This document shows, piece after piece, positions 9,128 to 18,110 of a DNA stretch of 64,000 nucleotides. A model generated the notes under the pieces. The model searched no databases, was not told the DNA's origin, and saw nothing but the letters and a program-made list of their open reading frames with translations. Origin of the DNA: Candidatus Poseidoniaceae archaeon (GTDB taxonomy: Archaea > Thermoplasmatota > Poseidoniia > Poseidoniales > Poseidoniaceae); the NCBI GenBank assembly GCA_949372645.1, contig CASIAP010000011.1, positions 159,006 through 223,005 on the forward strand. The letters run 5' to 3'. Positions within the stretch are counted from its first letter, which is position 1, and every line of letters begins with the position of its first letter. The position numbers and the translations under genes were made by a program.

Positions 9128-12100
9128 TCACTCAACAACTCGAATCATTGTTGAACACTTCGGACAACTGAATCTAAACGGAGGTTCGCTTCCACGTGGG
9201 ACTCCTAGTCGTGCAGTGCATGAAGAGCATGAGACTTTGCCATCTTCCATTCGACATTCGTTGAATCCGAGTGGAGTTTCTTTTTCTTGCTCTTCTTCCT
9301 CTTCTTGCTCTTCTTGCTCTTTTTCCTCTTCTTCTTTGATTGGGGCATCTGACTTCTTTCGACGATTCAAAAACAAGACGGCTAGAAGAAGCAGTGAGAA
9401 TCCCCAACCTCCAATTAAAGCATTCAATGAATCCGTTTGACTGAGTTCCATTCCAAAGGGTAAACTGACGCCGTTAGGAGGTGCTGCTGGACCTTCAATT
9501 TCAACTTCGAAATCATTTGAAACATCAGAAGAAGTACTGTCTCCTATTTGGTAAGAACCACGAACGTGTAATGTTGCAGATTCTGAAGTGGAAACTAAGG
9601 AAGTGAATGTCAGAGAGTATTCGACTGATGAACCCGGACTGAGAGTGAATTCATTACTCGAACTGTTATCTGACAAACGGAGCCAATCAGTCGCTAACAA
9701 ACCGTCACCAAAACCTTCGAGAGACAGAAGTCCAGTGACTTGGGCATTGGCGAGATTTGTTATGCTCACCATTACAGTAGAGCCACCCGATGAAGGAATT
9801 GAAAGAGACGGTTGTGAAAAAGTAATTTCCAAAACGCCGGAGTCCCCCCAAACCGGTTCAACAGTATAGAGCTCGCTGCTTGTAGCTGTGAATGAAGTTC
9901 GAGAAGAACTTGTCACACGGAACTTCAATTCCGATAATCCTGCTTCGGCATCATCAGGGAGGATACAGGACCAAACGAGAGCCGATGATGACTCTCCTGC
10001 TTTGAGTGACAGAACAGCCGATACACCACAATCGATGCCGACAGTGTTCAGGAGTAATTGATCGGGCCCAGTGCCTGTATTGGTCACCACGACAGTTCCA
10101 TAAATCGTTTGAGAAGGCTCTGCTGAATCATCATCAGAAAGAACAAGGATTTCCGCTCCTGCAACGAATGATTCAACTGAAAGATTCAGGTGCGAAGTAA
10201 TCGAGTCATCACTTGATGAACGTGATACAAGAGTGACATCAACACCGTTGCTTGGAGCGCCTTGTGATGCTTCTCGAACACTCAATGTCACCGTCGAGGA
10301 TTGTCCAGAAGTGAGAAGAAGAGAGGTGTCCGACAGTTCAAAATCAAACCAAGTCGCAGCACCATTGTCCAAGAGGCTGAGGTGAAGTGTATCGGAAGCG
10401 GTGCCGAGATTTGTCACTTCAAATGAATAGAGGGCATCCGAACTGGGTCCAGCTACAATTCGACTTACTGTCGAACTCATTAACAGTGCAATACGGTCTT
10501 GGATTTGTAACGAAAGTGAAAGTTCGACTGATACTTCAGAACTTCCGTATGCGAAGGTAATGCCATGAGTTTCTGCAGATGATGAAGTAGCGATAGTCAA
10601 AGAAACATTGACCACAATGCTCTGACCAACGCTGAGAGTGACCGAAGGATGACTCAAGGTGGCTTCAGCTTCAACCGGTAGGCCGAGAAGACTTGCGACC
10701 AAGGAGAGATTCGAAGTCCCCGTGTTCTCTAACGTGAACGAGGTCACTACTGTTTCACCGGGTCGGATAAGTATCCGCCCATCTAATGGGCCTGAAAGTG
10801 AAGCTGCACTGACGCCAAGAACCTCGACATCGATGAATGCTTCAACCGTACTTCCACCATAGGACACCGAAAACATTTGCGACATGGAACCTGCTTGGCC
10901 CTGATCTGAATCTGTGGAAAGTGACCAGACTCCAGCCTCTCCAGATACAACGGTAACGCTTGAAGGAGATTCAAGCGTAGTGCTCAATCCATTTGCCGTA
11001 TTGATATCAAGGTAGAACGTTACAGTTTCACTCCCATTATTTTGAACTCTCATCTCATACGAAATGGGTGAACCTGGTGTGATTTGAATATCTCCAAGAG
11101 GTGCAATCAATGTATACGATACAAGTTCATCAATATCAATGGCGAAATGAAATGGCGTGGTCGAATGCTGTTCAGAGGCTGATGTGCCCACCCCATTCAG
11201 TTGAAGTTCACACATATTGGACTTTGTTGCTTCGCTGTGGACTGAAATTTGGAATTCCAAATCGAGGACATCATCTGGAGCAAATGAAGGGGTTGTCGCT
11301 GCCAAAAGGGCAGTCGTGCAAGGACCACTGAGTACACTGAGTGACCAATCATAATCGATCACTGCATTTCCAGAATTGGTGATTCGGACAGAGGTATTGG
11401 TTGATTGCCCAGGAATAAAGAACGCACTTTGTTCAAGGAAAGATACACTCAGGTTGTATTCTTCGTCAACATACACGACAACCAATGTTGAGGTTGACAC
11501 ATTGCCTCCAGTCGAAGCACTAAATAATCTAAATCCATAATAGTCAGGTGCAGCATTACTTGGAACTGAAATATGCAAACTTGCGGATTGAGACGAGCCT
11601 GCGGGCATGTTTGCAAATTCATCATCGACCCATTGAACATTCCAACCGGCAGGAACCCCCCCACCTAGTCCTCGAGAAGAATGCGAGGACATACCAAATG
11701 AAGTAATTGTGGATTCCCAGGGGTACGACAAGTGAGAAGTTTCGTTGAATACCGTTGCAGCAGCGGCCTGTTGCAATTCAAGTTTGAGGGTATTGTTTAG
11801 CGATACTGTATCATTTGAACCAACTGGTGAATCTCCAGTCATGGTAGCATACAGTACACATGCAGCAAGATAACTTCCCGCCAATGAAGGATGACTGCCA
11901 TCGGCGTTGTAGAGATCGTAGAATGTATTTCCAGACAAGGTTGGAGTTGACCCCGAAGCTTCAACGCTGTCATGAATGAGAGCAAAAGCAAGACCCACTG
12001 GAGCAATCCAAACAGTATTTCCAGCTGCAGTCATGTTGTCGTGATAATCGATGTAACCCGCTTCTAAACGTTCTTGCATAACTGTGAAATTATTGTATAA

Positions 12101-13189
12101 AACTGGATTTGTCGCATCACCATTTCGGCGACCCCAAGTCATCAGTAGAACCGATTCTGCACCTTCATCTTCAATCGCCCCTGACAAGCCAACAGCACCG
12201 TTCATACTCGCCAACCATTCGCTGTTCGTACGAGGGAATCCAGGGACTTGACTCTGGTCTTGGAGAACGACATAGTCCCAATCAAACGTGGCACGCAAGG
12301 TTGTATTCGAGGCATGACCGGAGGTGTTCACCTCATTCCAATGAGCAGATAATTTCTTTCCACCACCGGTGATTGCATCTGCATTCTGGACACCAACATT
12401 CTCAAGAAGAGTATGCAACGAATTAAACGAAGTGTAACTGTTACCATACATCAGCGTATTATTGACAGTCAAGGTGCTGGAAGAATTCCCAGTTCCGTTC
12501 CCGGTGTTATTCCCAGTATCATTCCCACTGTTATTGCCAGAATTATTTCCGCTGTTGTTACCAGTTCCGTTCCCACTGGCATTTCCTGAACCGTTGGTGT
12601 AATTAGCCCACCAAGAGGCCAAATCAGGTTCATATTCGACATCCAAGAGGAGGGTGTCTTCAACAGAACCTAAATTTTCAACACCAACCGTGAAAGTGGC
12701 ATTCGTTCCAGAATCCATTGTCGTCAATGCACCTCCCATCGGTGAGAGATTGAGTGAAGGCTGATAGGACGGGGCAACTGAGACATAGATGGTTATTGAA
12801 CTGCTAAGATTCTGATCAGGCTCAGTCACGATAATCTCAAACGAACCACTGTCAGAAGGTACTGCGCCTTCATCAAGCCGTACAATGATTGTTGTATTTT
12901 TCGACCAGGTCGGGAACACATTGTCCACCGTATCCTCGCTTGGAATGATTTCCCAAACAGAGGACAGACCGGTCACATCAACTGAAATATTGTAATGTTC
13001 AATGGCTGAAGCATTGTTTTCGATGGTCAAGGTAATGTTGCCTGAATCACCATCCATGAGCATGAGGTGCGTGGTGTCTGCGGACAAAAGGATGCTTTGA
13101 TGTGCACTGGCTTGGAACGCCAATGGTGACATGCTTGCAAACAACAGTATGAGGACAAAGGCGACGGCACGAACTGGACGAGACGACAT
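9128..13189 (-). CDS. Large type-I surface protein with CARDB/NPCBM-associated-like repeats, SGNH/DUF4886-like domain, TM anchor, poly-Glu and zinc-ribbon cytoplasmic tail
   Basis: 1353-aa ORF. Signal peptide MSSRPVRAVAFVLILLFASMSPLAFQASA; many beta-rich repeats; C-terminal helix GWGFSLLLLAVLFL, then EEEEKEQEEQEEEEEQEKE and CSSC-x17-CPKC. Confidence 0.75.
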   Translation of the reverse strand: MSSRPVRAVAFVLILLFASMSPLAFQASAHQSILLSADTTHLMLMDGDSGNITLTIENNASAIEHYNISVDVTGLSSVWEIIPSEDTVDNVFPTWSKNTTIIVRLDEGAVPSDSGSFEIIVTEPDQNLSSSITIYVSVAPSYQPSLNLSPMGGALTTMDSGTNATFTVGVENLGSVEDTLLLDVEYEPDLASWWANYTNGSGNASGNGTGNNSGNNSGNNSGNDTGNNTGNGTGNSSSTLTVNNTLMYGNSYTSFNSLHTLLENVGVQNADAITGGGKKLSAHWNEVNTSGHASNTTLRATFDWDYVVLQDQSQVPGFPRTNSEWLASMNGAVGLSGAIEDEGAESVLLMTWGRRNGDATNPVLYNNFTVMQERLEAGYIDYHDNMTAAGNTVWIAPVGLAFALIHDSVEASGSTPTLSGNTFYDLYNADGSHPSLAGSYLAACVLYATMTGDSPVGSNDTVSLNNTLKLELQQAAAATVFNETSHLSYPWESTITSFGMSSHSSRGLGGGVPAGWNVQWVDDEFANMPAGSSQSASLHISVPSNAAPDYYGFRLFSASTGGNVSTSTLVVVYVDEEYNLSVSFLEQSAFFIPGQSTNTSVRITNSGNAVIDYDWSLSVLSGPCTTALLAATTPSFAPDDVLDLEFQISVHSEATKSNMCELQLNGVGTSASEQHSTTPFHFAIDIDELVSYTLIAPLGDIQITPGSPISYEMRVQNNGSETVTFYLDINTANGLSTTLESPSSVTVVSGEAGVWSLSTDSDQGQAGSMSQMFSVSYGGSTVEAFIDVEVLGVSAASLSGPLDGRILIRPGETVVTSFTLENTGTSNLSLVASLLGLPVEAEATLSHPSVTLSVGQSIVVNVSLTIATSSSAETHGITFAYGSSEVSVELSLSLQIQDRIALLMSSTVSRIVAGPSSDALYSFEVTNLGTASDTLHLSLLDNGAATWFDFELSDTSLLLTSGQSSTVTLSVREASQGAPSNGVDVTLVSRSSSDDSITSHLNLSVESFVAGAEILVLSDDDSAEPSQTIYGTVVVTNTGTGPDQLLLNTVGIDCGVSAVLSLKAGESSSALVWSCILPDDAEAGLSELKFRVTSSSRTSFTATSSELYTVEPVWGDSGVLEITFSQPSLSIPSSGGSTVMVSITNLANAQVTGLLSLEGFGDGLLATDWLRLSDNSSSNEFTLSPGSSVEYSLTFTSLVSTSESATLHVRGSYQIGDSTSSDVSNDFEVEIEGPAAPPNGVSLPFGMELSQTDSLNALIGGWGFSLLLLAVLFLNRRKKSDAPIKEEEEKEQEEQEEEEEQEKETPLGFNECRMEDGKVSCSSCTARLGVPRGSEPPFRFSCPKCSTMIRVVE
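12476..12604 (-). repeat. Coding low-complexity tract: tandem N-x-S/T sequons (NYTNGSGNASGNGTGNNSGNNSGNNSGNDTGNNTGNGTGNSSS)
   Basis: Imperfect short tandem repeats (mostly 9-12 nt units) of GGN/AAY/AGY/ACN codons, visible in the DNA and in the ORF translation (aa 196-238 of the 1353-aa protein). Confidence 0.8.
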
Positions 13190-13230
13190 AAGACCAAGTC
13201 AAGCCACCCGTGCATACCACTTGAGTGAAT

Positions 13231-13245
13231 CGGCCCTAAGGGCCG
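13231..13245 (-). terminator. Perfect palindromic hairpin CGGCCC-TAA-GGGCCG between the metK stop and the next gene start
   Basis: 15-nt perfect palindrome read directly, 17 nt downstream of the metK stop. No oligo-T follows, so the function (terminator or processing site) is uncertain. Confidence 0.25.
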
Positions 13246-13261
13246 TTGGGAGGAGGCTCTC

Positions 13262-14500
13262 TCAGTTACGAAGCGAGTCAAGACGTTGTTGTTGGATTCT
13301 CTCCCAGGGGAACGTTCCGTTCTCGCCAGGAGTTCTGCCAAAGTGACCGCCTGAAGCAGTGACTGAGTAGATTGGTTGAAGGAGATTCAAATCTCGGGCG
13401 ATTGCACCGGGTCTGAAATCGAAGGTAGACTTCACTCGTTGTGCTAATTCACGGTCAGAGAGTTCGGAAGTTCCAAATGTTTCAACACGAACACTCACGG
13501 GTTGAGCAATACCAATAACATAAGCCAATTGAATTTCACAGCGACTTGCAAGGCCTGCAGCAACAACGTGCTTTGCAGCCCAGCGAGAAGCATAGGCAGC
13601 CGAGCGATCGACTTTCGAGGGATCTTTTCCAGAGAATGCTCCACCACCGTGTCGACCCATGCCTCCATAGGTATCAACAATGATTTTTCGTCCGGTTAAT
13701 CCTGCATCTGCATACGGACCACCAGGGTCTGCAAATCGTCCGGTTCCATTGACTACAAGCGTGTAGTCGCCCTTGCGCAATCCTGCGGGGATCACATGTT
13801 CAACTACATGTTCCTTAATTTGTTGATTGACGTATTCCAGTTCTGCTTCTTCCGAACCATTAAACTGGTCTTTGAGGTCTTTGTCGTGCTGAATAGCGAT
13901 AATGACTGTGTGAACATTTGAAACTTCACCATTCTCATCATATTCTACGGTAACTTGAGACTTTCCATCCGGGCGTGCCCATGGCAAAATCCCTTGTTCA
14001 CGAACTGCTGTTAATCGGCGAGTAAGACGTTGAGAAAGAGCTGCTGCAAGAGGGAAAAATCGACCTTCAAGTTCGGAGTAGGCTTCAGTTTCAGTGCAAG
14101 CATAGCCGAACATGAGACCTTGATCTCCAGCTCCTTGAGATAACATATCTTGGTTAACTCCTTGAGCAATGTACGAAGATTGAGTGGTAATATGAACTTG
14201 AACTTCGGTGAATTTTGAGGATGTTGCATCCATTCCAATGGAATGAGAGGTGTAGCCAACTCCTGCTGCTGCTTCGCGTGCAACCGCTTCGTAATCAGGA
14301 GCTGAACCACTCAAAGAAACTTCACCGGCAAGGACAATCAGACCCATGTCTTCTTTGCCTTTAACGCAAGTTTCTACCGCAACGCGTGCATTCGAATCAA
14401 CGGCGAGGCAGGCATCGACAATCGCATCTGAGATGGTATCGCATAATTTGTCAGGATGGCCGCGGGTTACGGATTCGGATGAGAACAAGTCACCAGTCAT
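13262..14500 (-). CDS. metK: S-adenosylmethionine synthetase, bacterial/eukaryal MetK type
   Basis: GHPDKLCDTISD and GGGAFSGKDPSKVDRS motifs; collinear with the MetK family over 412 aa. Confidence 0.92.
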   Translation of the reverse strand: MTGDLFSSESVTRGHPDKLCDTISDAIVDACLAVDSNARVAVETCVKGKEDMGLIVLAGEVSLSGSAPDYEAVAREAAAGVGYTSHSIGMDATSSKFTEVQVHITTQSSYIAQGVNQDMLSQGAGDQGLMFGYACTETEAYSELEGRFFPLAAALSQRLTRRLTAVREQGILPWARPDGKSQVTVEYDENGEVSNVHTVIIAIQHDKDLKDQFNGSEEAELEYVNQQIKEHVVEHVIPAGLRKGDYTLVVNGTGRFADPGGPYADAGLTGRKIIVDTYGGMGRHGGGAFSGKDPSKVDRSAAYASRWAAKHVVAAGLASRCEIQLAYVIGIAQPVSVRVETFGTSELSDRELAQRVKSTFDFRPGAIARDLNLLQPIYSVTASGGHFGRTPGENGTFPWERIQQQRLDSLRN

Positions 14501-14659
14501 GACTTTGGCGCCAATCCCCGCCTATATGAATAAACCGCCTATTTGAAGGGTTGATAATTCCCATAAGGAATAAAAAAGAAGAAAATAGCCCACTAAGATG
14601 ATTCGAATCGATATTGTTCAAACGAATGGTTGATGTTCTCAGCCTGTCCCCCCCAAACC

Positions 14660-16066
14660 ATGAGCACTTGGGTACCGACTGCATACCGCACTCACACATT
14701 GGGCGAAATTCAAAACATTGGCGCTGATTTAATCGGCCAAGAAGTTACAGTTTCTGGTTTCATGGAAGCAAACAGAGGCAAAGGGGCCATCTGTTTTGTG
14801 GACCTTCGAGATGGAACTGGAATCACCCAAATATTCCTGAAAGGTGACAATGTTGGCGACGAAGCCTTAGATATGGTTCAACGAATGACCCGTGAATCCA
14901 CGATTCAATTTACCGGAACCGTTTCTGAAAAGAGACCTCCTAAAACCAAGGAAGGCGAACCTGTCCCTCCTCCAGCCTACGAAGTCATCGCTACATCGGT
15001 CAATTTGATTGCACGAGCAGTCGCCCCTCTTCCTCTCGGCGTTACCGATACAGTGCACGTTGCACTTGACACACGACTCGACAATCGATTTCTTGACTTA
15101 CGTCGTTCACACGTCAACGCTATGTTCCACTTGCGAGGAAAGATTTTGCAATACGGACGAGAAGCGTTAATCAAGGAAGGATTTTTTGAAACACATACAC
15201 CAAAGATTGTTGCAACGGCAACCGAAGGTGGAACTGATTTATTCCCAATGATGTATTTCGACACGCCTGCTTTCTTGAACCAATCTCCGCAACTCTACAA
15301 GCAATTGTGTATGTCAGGCGGACTAGAGCGTGTGTTCGAAATTGGACCTGCATTCCGGGCTGAAAAGCACGACACATATCGACATTTGAATGAATTCATC
15401 TCTTTTGATATGGAATGCTCTTGGGCCAACGATGAAGACGTTATGGGCGTACTTGAACGTATGATTCATCACATGTGGAAATCAGTTGCCGAAGATCCTG
15501 AATCACAGAAGCATATCAACACAATCAATGTCTATCGTGCAACTCAAGATGAGGAGGCCATCGAAGTTATTGTACCTGAATTACCGTTCCCGCGATTATC
15601 GTATTGCGATGCTATTGCTACAATTCAACGCAAAGGTGGAACCATCGAATGGGGCGCAGACATTGATGCTGAAAATTCAGACCTCTTGGCTGAAGACCTG
15701 CCACAATTCTACTTCCTACCACGTTGGCCAATGGAACTCAAGCCATTCTATATCCATCATGTTGAGGGCGAAGATGGAAGCACTGGCCGACAACTGAGCA
15801 GAGGGTTTGACCTCAACTTTGGTAGAGATGAATTAACCTCTGGCGGACAACGTGAACACAGAATCGATGTCTTGATTGAAAACCTCAAAAATATGGATTT
15901 AGATCCTGAAGAATTTGAATTCTATGTGGCTGGTTTCCGTCATGGTGTGCCTCCCCATGCAGGTTGGGGACTGGGTGTTGAACGTATTTTGATGAAACTC
16001 ACCGGGTCTAAGAATGTCCGTGAAACGGTCTTATTCCCTCGTGACCGTCGCCGAGTTAGTCCTTGA
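14660..16066 (+). CDS. aspS: Aspartyl-tRNA synthetase, archaeal/eukaryal type (class IIb)
   Basis: N-terminal OB fold; class II motifs [32 protein letters not shown] 14660 (MSTWVP..) preferred over the track start 14630 (TTG). Confidence 0.9.
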   Translation: MSTWVPTAYRTHTLGEIQNIGADLIGQEVTVSGFMEANRGKGAICFVDLRDGTGITQIFLKGDNVGDEALDMVQRMTRESTIQFTGTVSEKRPPKTKEGEPVPPPAYEVIATSVNLIARAVAPLPLGVTDTVHVALDTRLDNRFLDLRRSHVNAMFHLRGKILQYGREALIKEGFFETHTPKIVATATEGGTDLFPMMYFDTPAFLNQSPQLYKQLCMSGGLERVFEIGPAFRAEKHDTYRHLNEFISFDMECSWANDEDVMGVLERMIHHMWKSVAEDPESQKHINTINVYRATQDEEAIEVIVPELPFPRLSYCDAIATIQRKGGTIEWGADIDAENSDLLAEDLPQFYFLPRWPMELKPFYIHHVEGEDGSTGRQLSRGFDLNFGRDELTSGGQREHRIDVLIENLKNMDLDPEEFEFYVAGFRHGVPPHAGWGLGVERILMKLTGSKNVRETVLFPRDRRRVSP

Positions 16067-16110
16067 GATCTGGGTCAAGATTCATATAGACCGAGATTTG
16101 CATCAAAGAT

Positions 16111-16794
16111 ATGCATGAAGTTGTTTATTTTGACTCGCCAGGTTTTGCCGAAGTATCCCGATTCTGTCTTGGCATATCTGGACTTGAATGGAAGAATACC
16201 GTTGTCGATTGGGACGGATACCTTGAACTCAAAAAGAAAGGAGAACTACCTTGGGGCTATTTGCCAATTATTCGCACACCTCAAGGAACAATTGCAGAAT
16301 CAAATGCATTGCTTCGCTATACGGGCGCCTTAGCTGGAATGGAACCTAAAGACCTCTATGTTCGAGCCAAAGTAGACGAAATTGTCGAAGTCATCAACGG
16401 GTGGAGATCCGCCTTTATACCTACTTTTTCAATCGATGACCTCGATGAAAAGATTGCTGCACGACAAGCATTATTTGCAGAAGGTGGAAAAATGGACCAG
16501 GCAATGAGGGCCATGTCGAAAATATTTGAGCAATCTACAACCGGCTGGCTGGCAAACACAGAGTCGATGAGTATTGCAGATGTCAAAGGCTTCATGGACA
16601 CTTTCATGATGTTCTCAGGACAATTTGATGGAATTACAGCAGATATGCTCGCTCATTATCCATCATTGCTCGCCTTTCATGAAAAAATGTCAAACGAGCC
16701 TTTAGTCAAGAACTACTATGAGGATGCCAATGAAGCACGATGGGTGTTCCGTCCGAACGCCTTTGAAGACGTTGGAACTTCACAACATATCTGA
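16111..16794 (+). CDS. Glutathione S-transferase-like protein (sigma/alpha-like)
   Basis: Thioredoxin-like N domain with Tyr7 (VVYFDSPG) and LPIIRTPQGTIAESNALLRY (GSH-site pattern); helical C domain. 227 aa. Confidence 0.65.
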   Translation: MHEVVYFDSPGFAEVSRFCLGISGLEWKNTVVDWDGYLELKKKGELPWGYLPIIRTPQGTIAESNALLRYTGALAGMEPKDLYVRAKVDEIVEVINGWRSAFIPTFSIDDLDEKIAARQALFAEGGKMDQAMRAMSKIFEQSTTGWLANTESMSIADVKGFMDTFMMFSGQFDGITADMLAHYPSLLAFHEKMSNEPLVKNYYEDANEARWVFRPNAFEDVGTSQHI

Positions 16795-17280
16795 GGGCAA
16801 GTCTTTCGATGAGAAGCGAGAAACTGAGCCGTCTTTGGATATGAGAAACTTTTCGAAGTTCCAGCGAATATCTCCCGTGTGTTCATCTGAACCTGTCGAT
16901 TGACTCAGTTCTGTGAAAAGTGGATGTTGATTCTCGCCTTTTACTTCGAGTTTTGCCATCAATGGAAAGTTAACATCGTATTGAGTCGAGGTGAAATCAC
17001 AAATTTCTTGGTGAGTGCCAGGCTCTTGAGCTCCAAATTGGTTACAAGGAAAGCCAACAACGGTGACTCCATCCAAAACAGAAGCTTCTTGCAATTGTGT
17101 ATATTGCTTGGTAAATCCACAAGCACTTGCTACATTCACAACAATCCATTGTTCGTTACTTGAATCGCCAAGTGCACGTAGAGTCGTTTGTTCGCCGTTC
17201 ATATCTTCAAATTCAATATCCAATGGATTGCCCATAAACTGCTGACATGGCATCTTGTCTTCAATTCTTGTATTCACCAA
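16780..17280 (-). CDS. Glutathione peroxidase (Cys-type)
   Basis: NVASACGFT, GFPCNQFGAQEPG, WNFEKFLI. The true start may be an internal Met (MGNPLDIEF.., nt 17235). The 3' end overlaps the GST 3' end by 15 nt. Confidence 0.88.
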   Translation of the reverse strand: MVNTRIEDKMPCQQFMGNPLDIEFEDMNGEQTTLRALGDSSNEQWIVVNVASACGFTKQYTQLQEASVLDGVTVVGFPCNQFGAQEPGTHQEICDFTSTQYDVNFPLMAKLEVKGENQHPLFTELSQSTGSDEHTGDIRWNFEKFLISKDGSVSRFSSKDLPSDML

Positions 17281-17293
17281 AGGAGGAGTAAGG

Positions 17294-18070
17294 GTGATAG
17301 ATGGTGTCCTTTACCGTTTGATTATGGCAGTCGACCGCATGCAATGGGGAGCGGAAGAATGGCAACATGCAGACTTGTATATGCCAGATGACCCATCACC
17401 GTATGAGAACGATGCTGGCCTCCCATGCATCATGCTCATCCATGGCGGTTTTTGGAAGAGTTCATGGACCAGTGAACTCATGAAACCCATTGCCCAAGAT
17501 CTTGCTGAAGCAGGTGTAGCTGCATGGAATATCGAATTCAAAGGTTGGAGTGATGGTGACGAGGGCGTTTGGATGGATACGCTTTCGGATGTCTTGCGCG
17601 CATGGGGCCAACTCGCACTCCTACCAGGAATTGACATCACGCGCTCAATGGTCATGGGCCATTCTGCAGGTGGACAACTTGCGCTCTTACTTGCAGCAAA
17701 TGCTGAAAGAAAACCTTGGTTAGTCATCGCACAAGCCCCAATTACAGATTTAATGAGTGCTGATGCAGCAAAGCTTTCCGATGAAGGCGATGCTGTCCGC
17801 CGATGGATTGGATGCAGTCCTGAAGAAAATCGAACCTTGTGGGATCGGTTAAACCCAATCGAACACCCACCGGTCGTACCGGTGCTACTGGTACATGGTG
17901 AAAGAGATACAGATGTTCCGAAAGGGCAATCGGAAACGTACGCTGACATTATGTCTGCGAAGGGAATTGATGTGCAAAAATTATGGCTTCCTGGAGATCA
18001 TTACTCGATTATCGACGTTGCATCAGATGATTGGCTGGTTGAATTAGATTCGATTCTCCAATGGCTTTGA
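17294..18070 (+). CDS. Alpha/beta hydrolase, arylformamidase (kynurenine formamidase)/esterase-like
   Basis: HGGFW oxyanion motif, GHSAGG nucleophile elbow, HGERDTDVP. GTG 17294 is preceded by AGGAGG (17281-17286); ATG 17324 is an alternative. The track start 17255 would overlap the gpx 5' end. Confidence 0.75.
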   Translation: MIDGVLYRLIMAVDRMQWGAEEWQHADLYMPDDPSPYENDAGLPCIMLIHGGFWKSSWTSELMKPIAQDLAEAGVAAWNIEFKGWSDGDEGVWMDTLSDVLRAWGQLALLPGIDITRSMVMGHSAGGQLALLLAANAERKPWLVIAQAPITDLMSADAAKLSDEGDAVRRWIGCSPEENRTLWDRLNPIEHPPVVPVLLVHGERDTDVPKGQSETYADIMSAKGIDVQKLWLPGDHYSIIDVASDDWLVELDSILQWL

Positions 18071-18110
18071 GCAACGGAAGACCCTTTGAGGAGTACCTTC
18101 TGCCCCACAC

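Noticed and set aside
9174-9407. 77-aa Arg/Lys-rich ORF (..RRRGKRARRARRGRRARKR..) on the same strand as the 1353-aa surface protein.
   Set aside because: It is the shifted reading frame of the GAA/GAG-rich poly-Glu coding tract. It is an artefact of codon repetition, not a separate basic protein.
16780-17280. Checked whether the glutathione peroxidase is a selenoprotein with an in-frame TGA.
   Set aside because: The active-site residue is encoded as Cys (NVASACGFT) and the ORF is uninterrupted.
17311-17949. 212-aa ORF antisense to the alpha/beta hydrolase gene. Similar long antisense ORFs occur at 45956-46387, 47469-47906, 55778-56128 and 56321-56686.
   Set aside because: Each lies opposite a gene with strong family motifs. 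Each has Ser/Ala/Arg/Pro-rich low-information composition typical of shadow frames and carries no recognisable motif.
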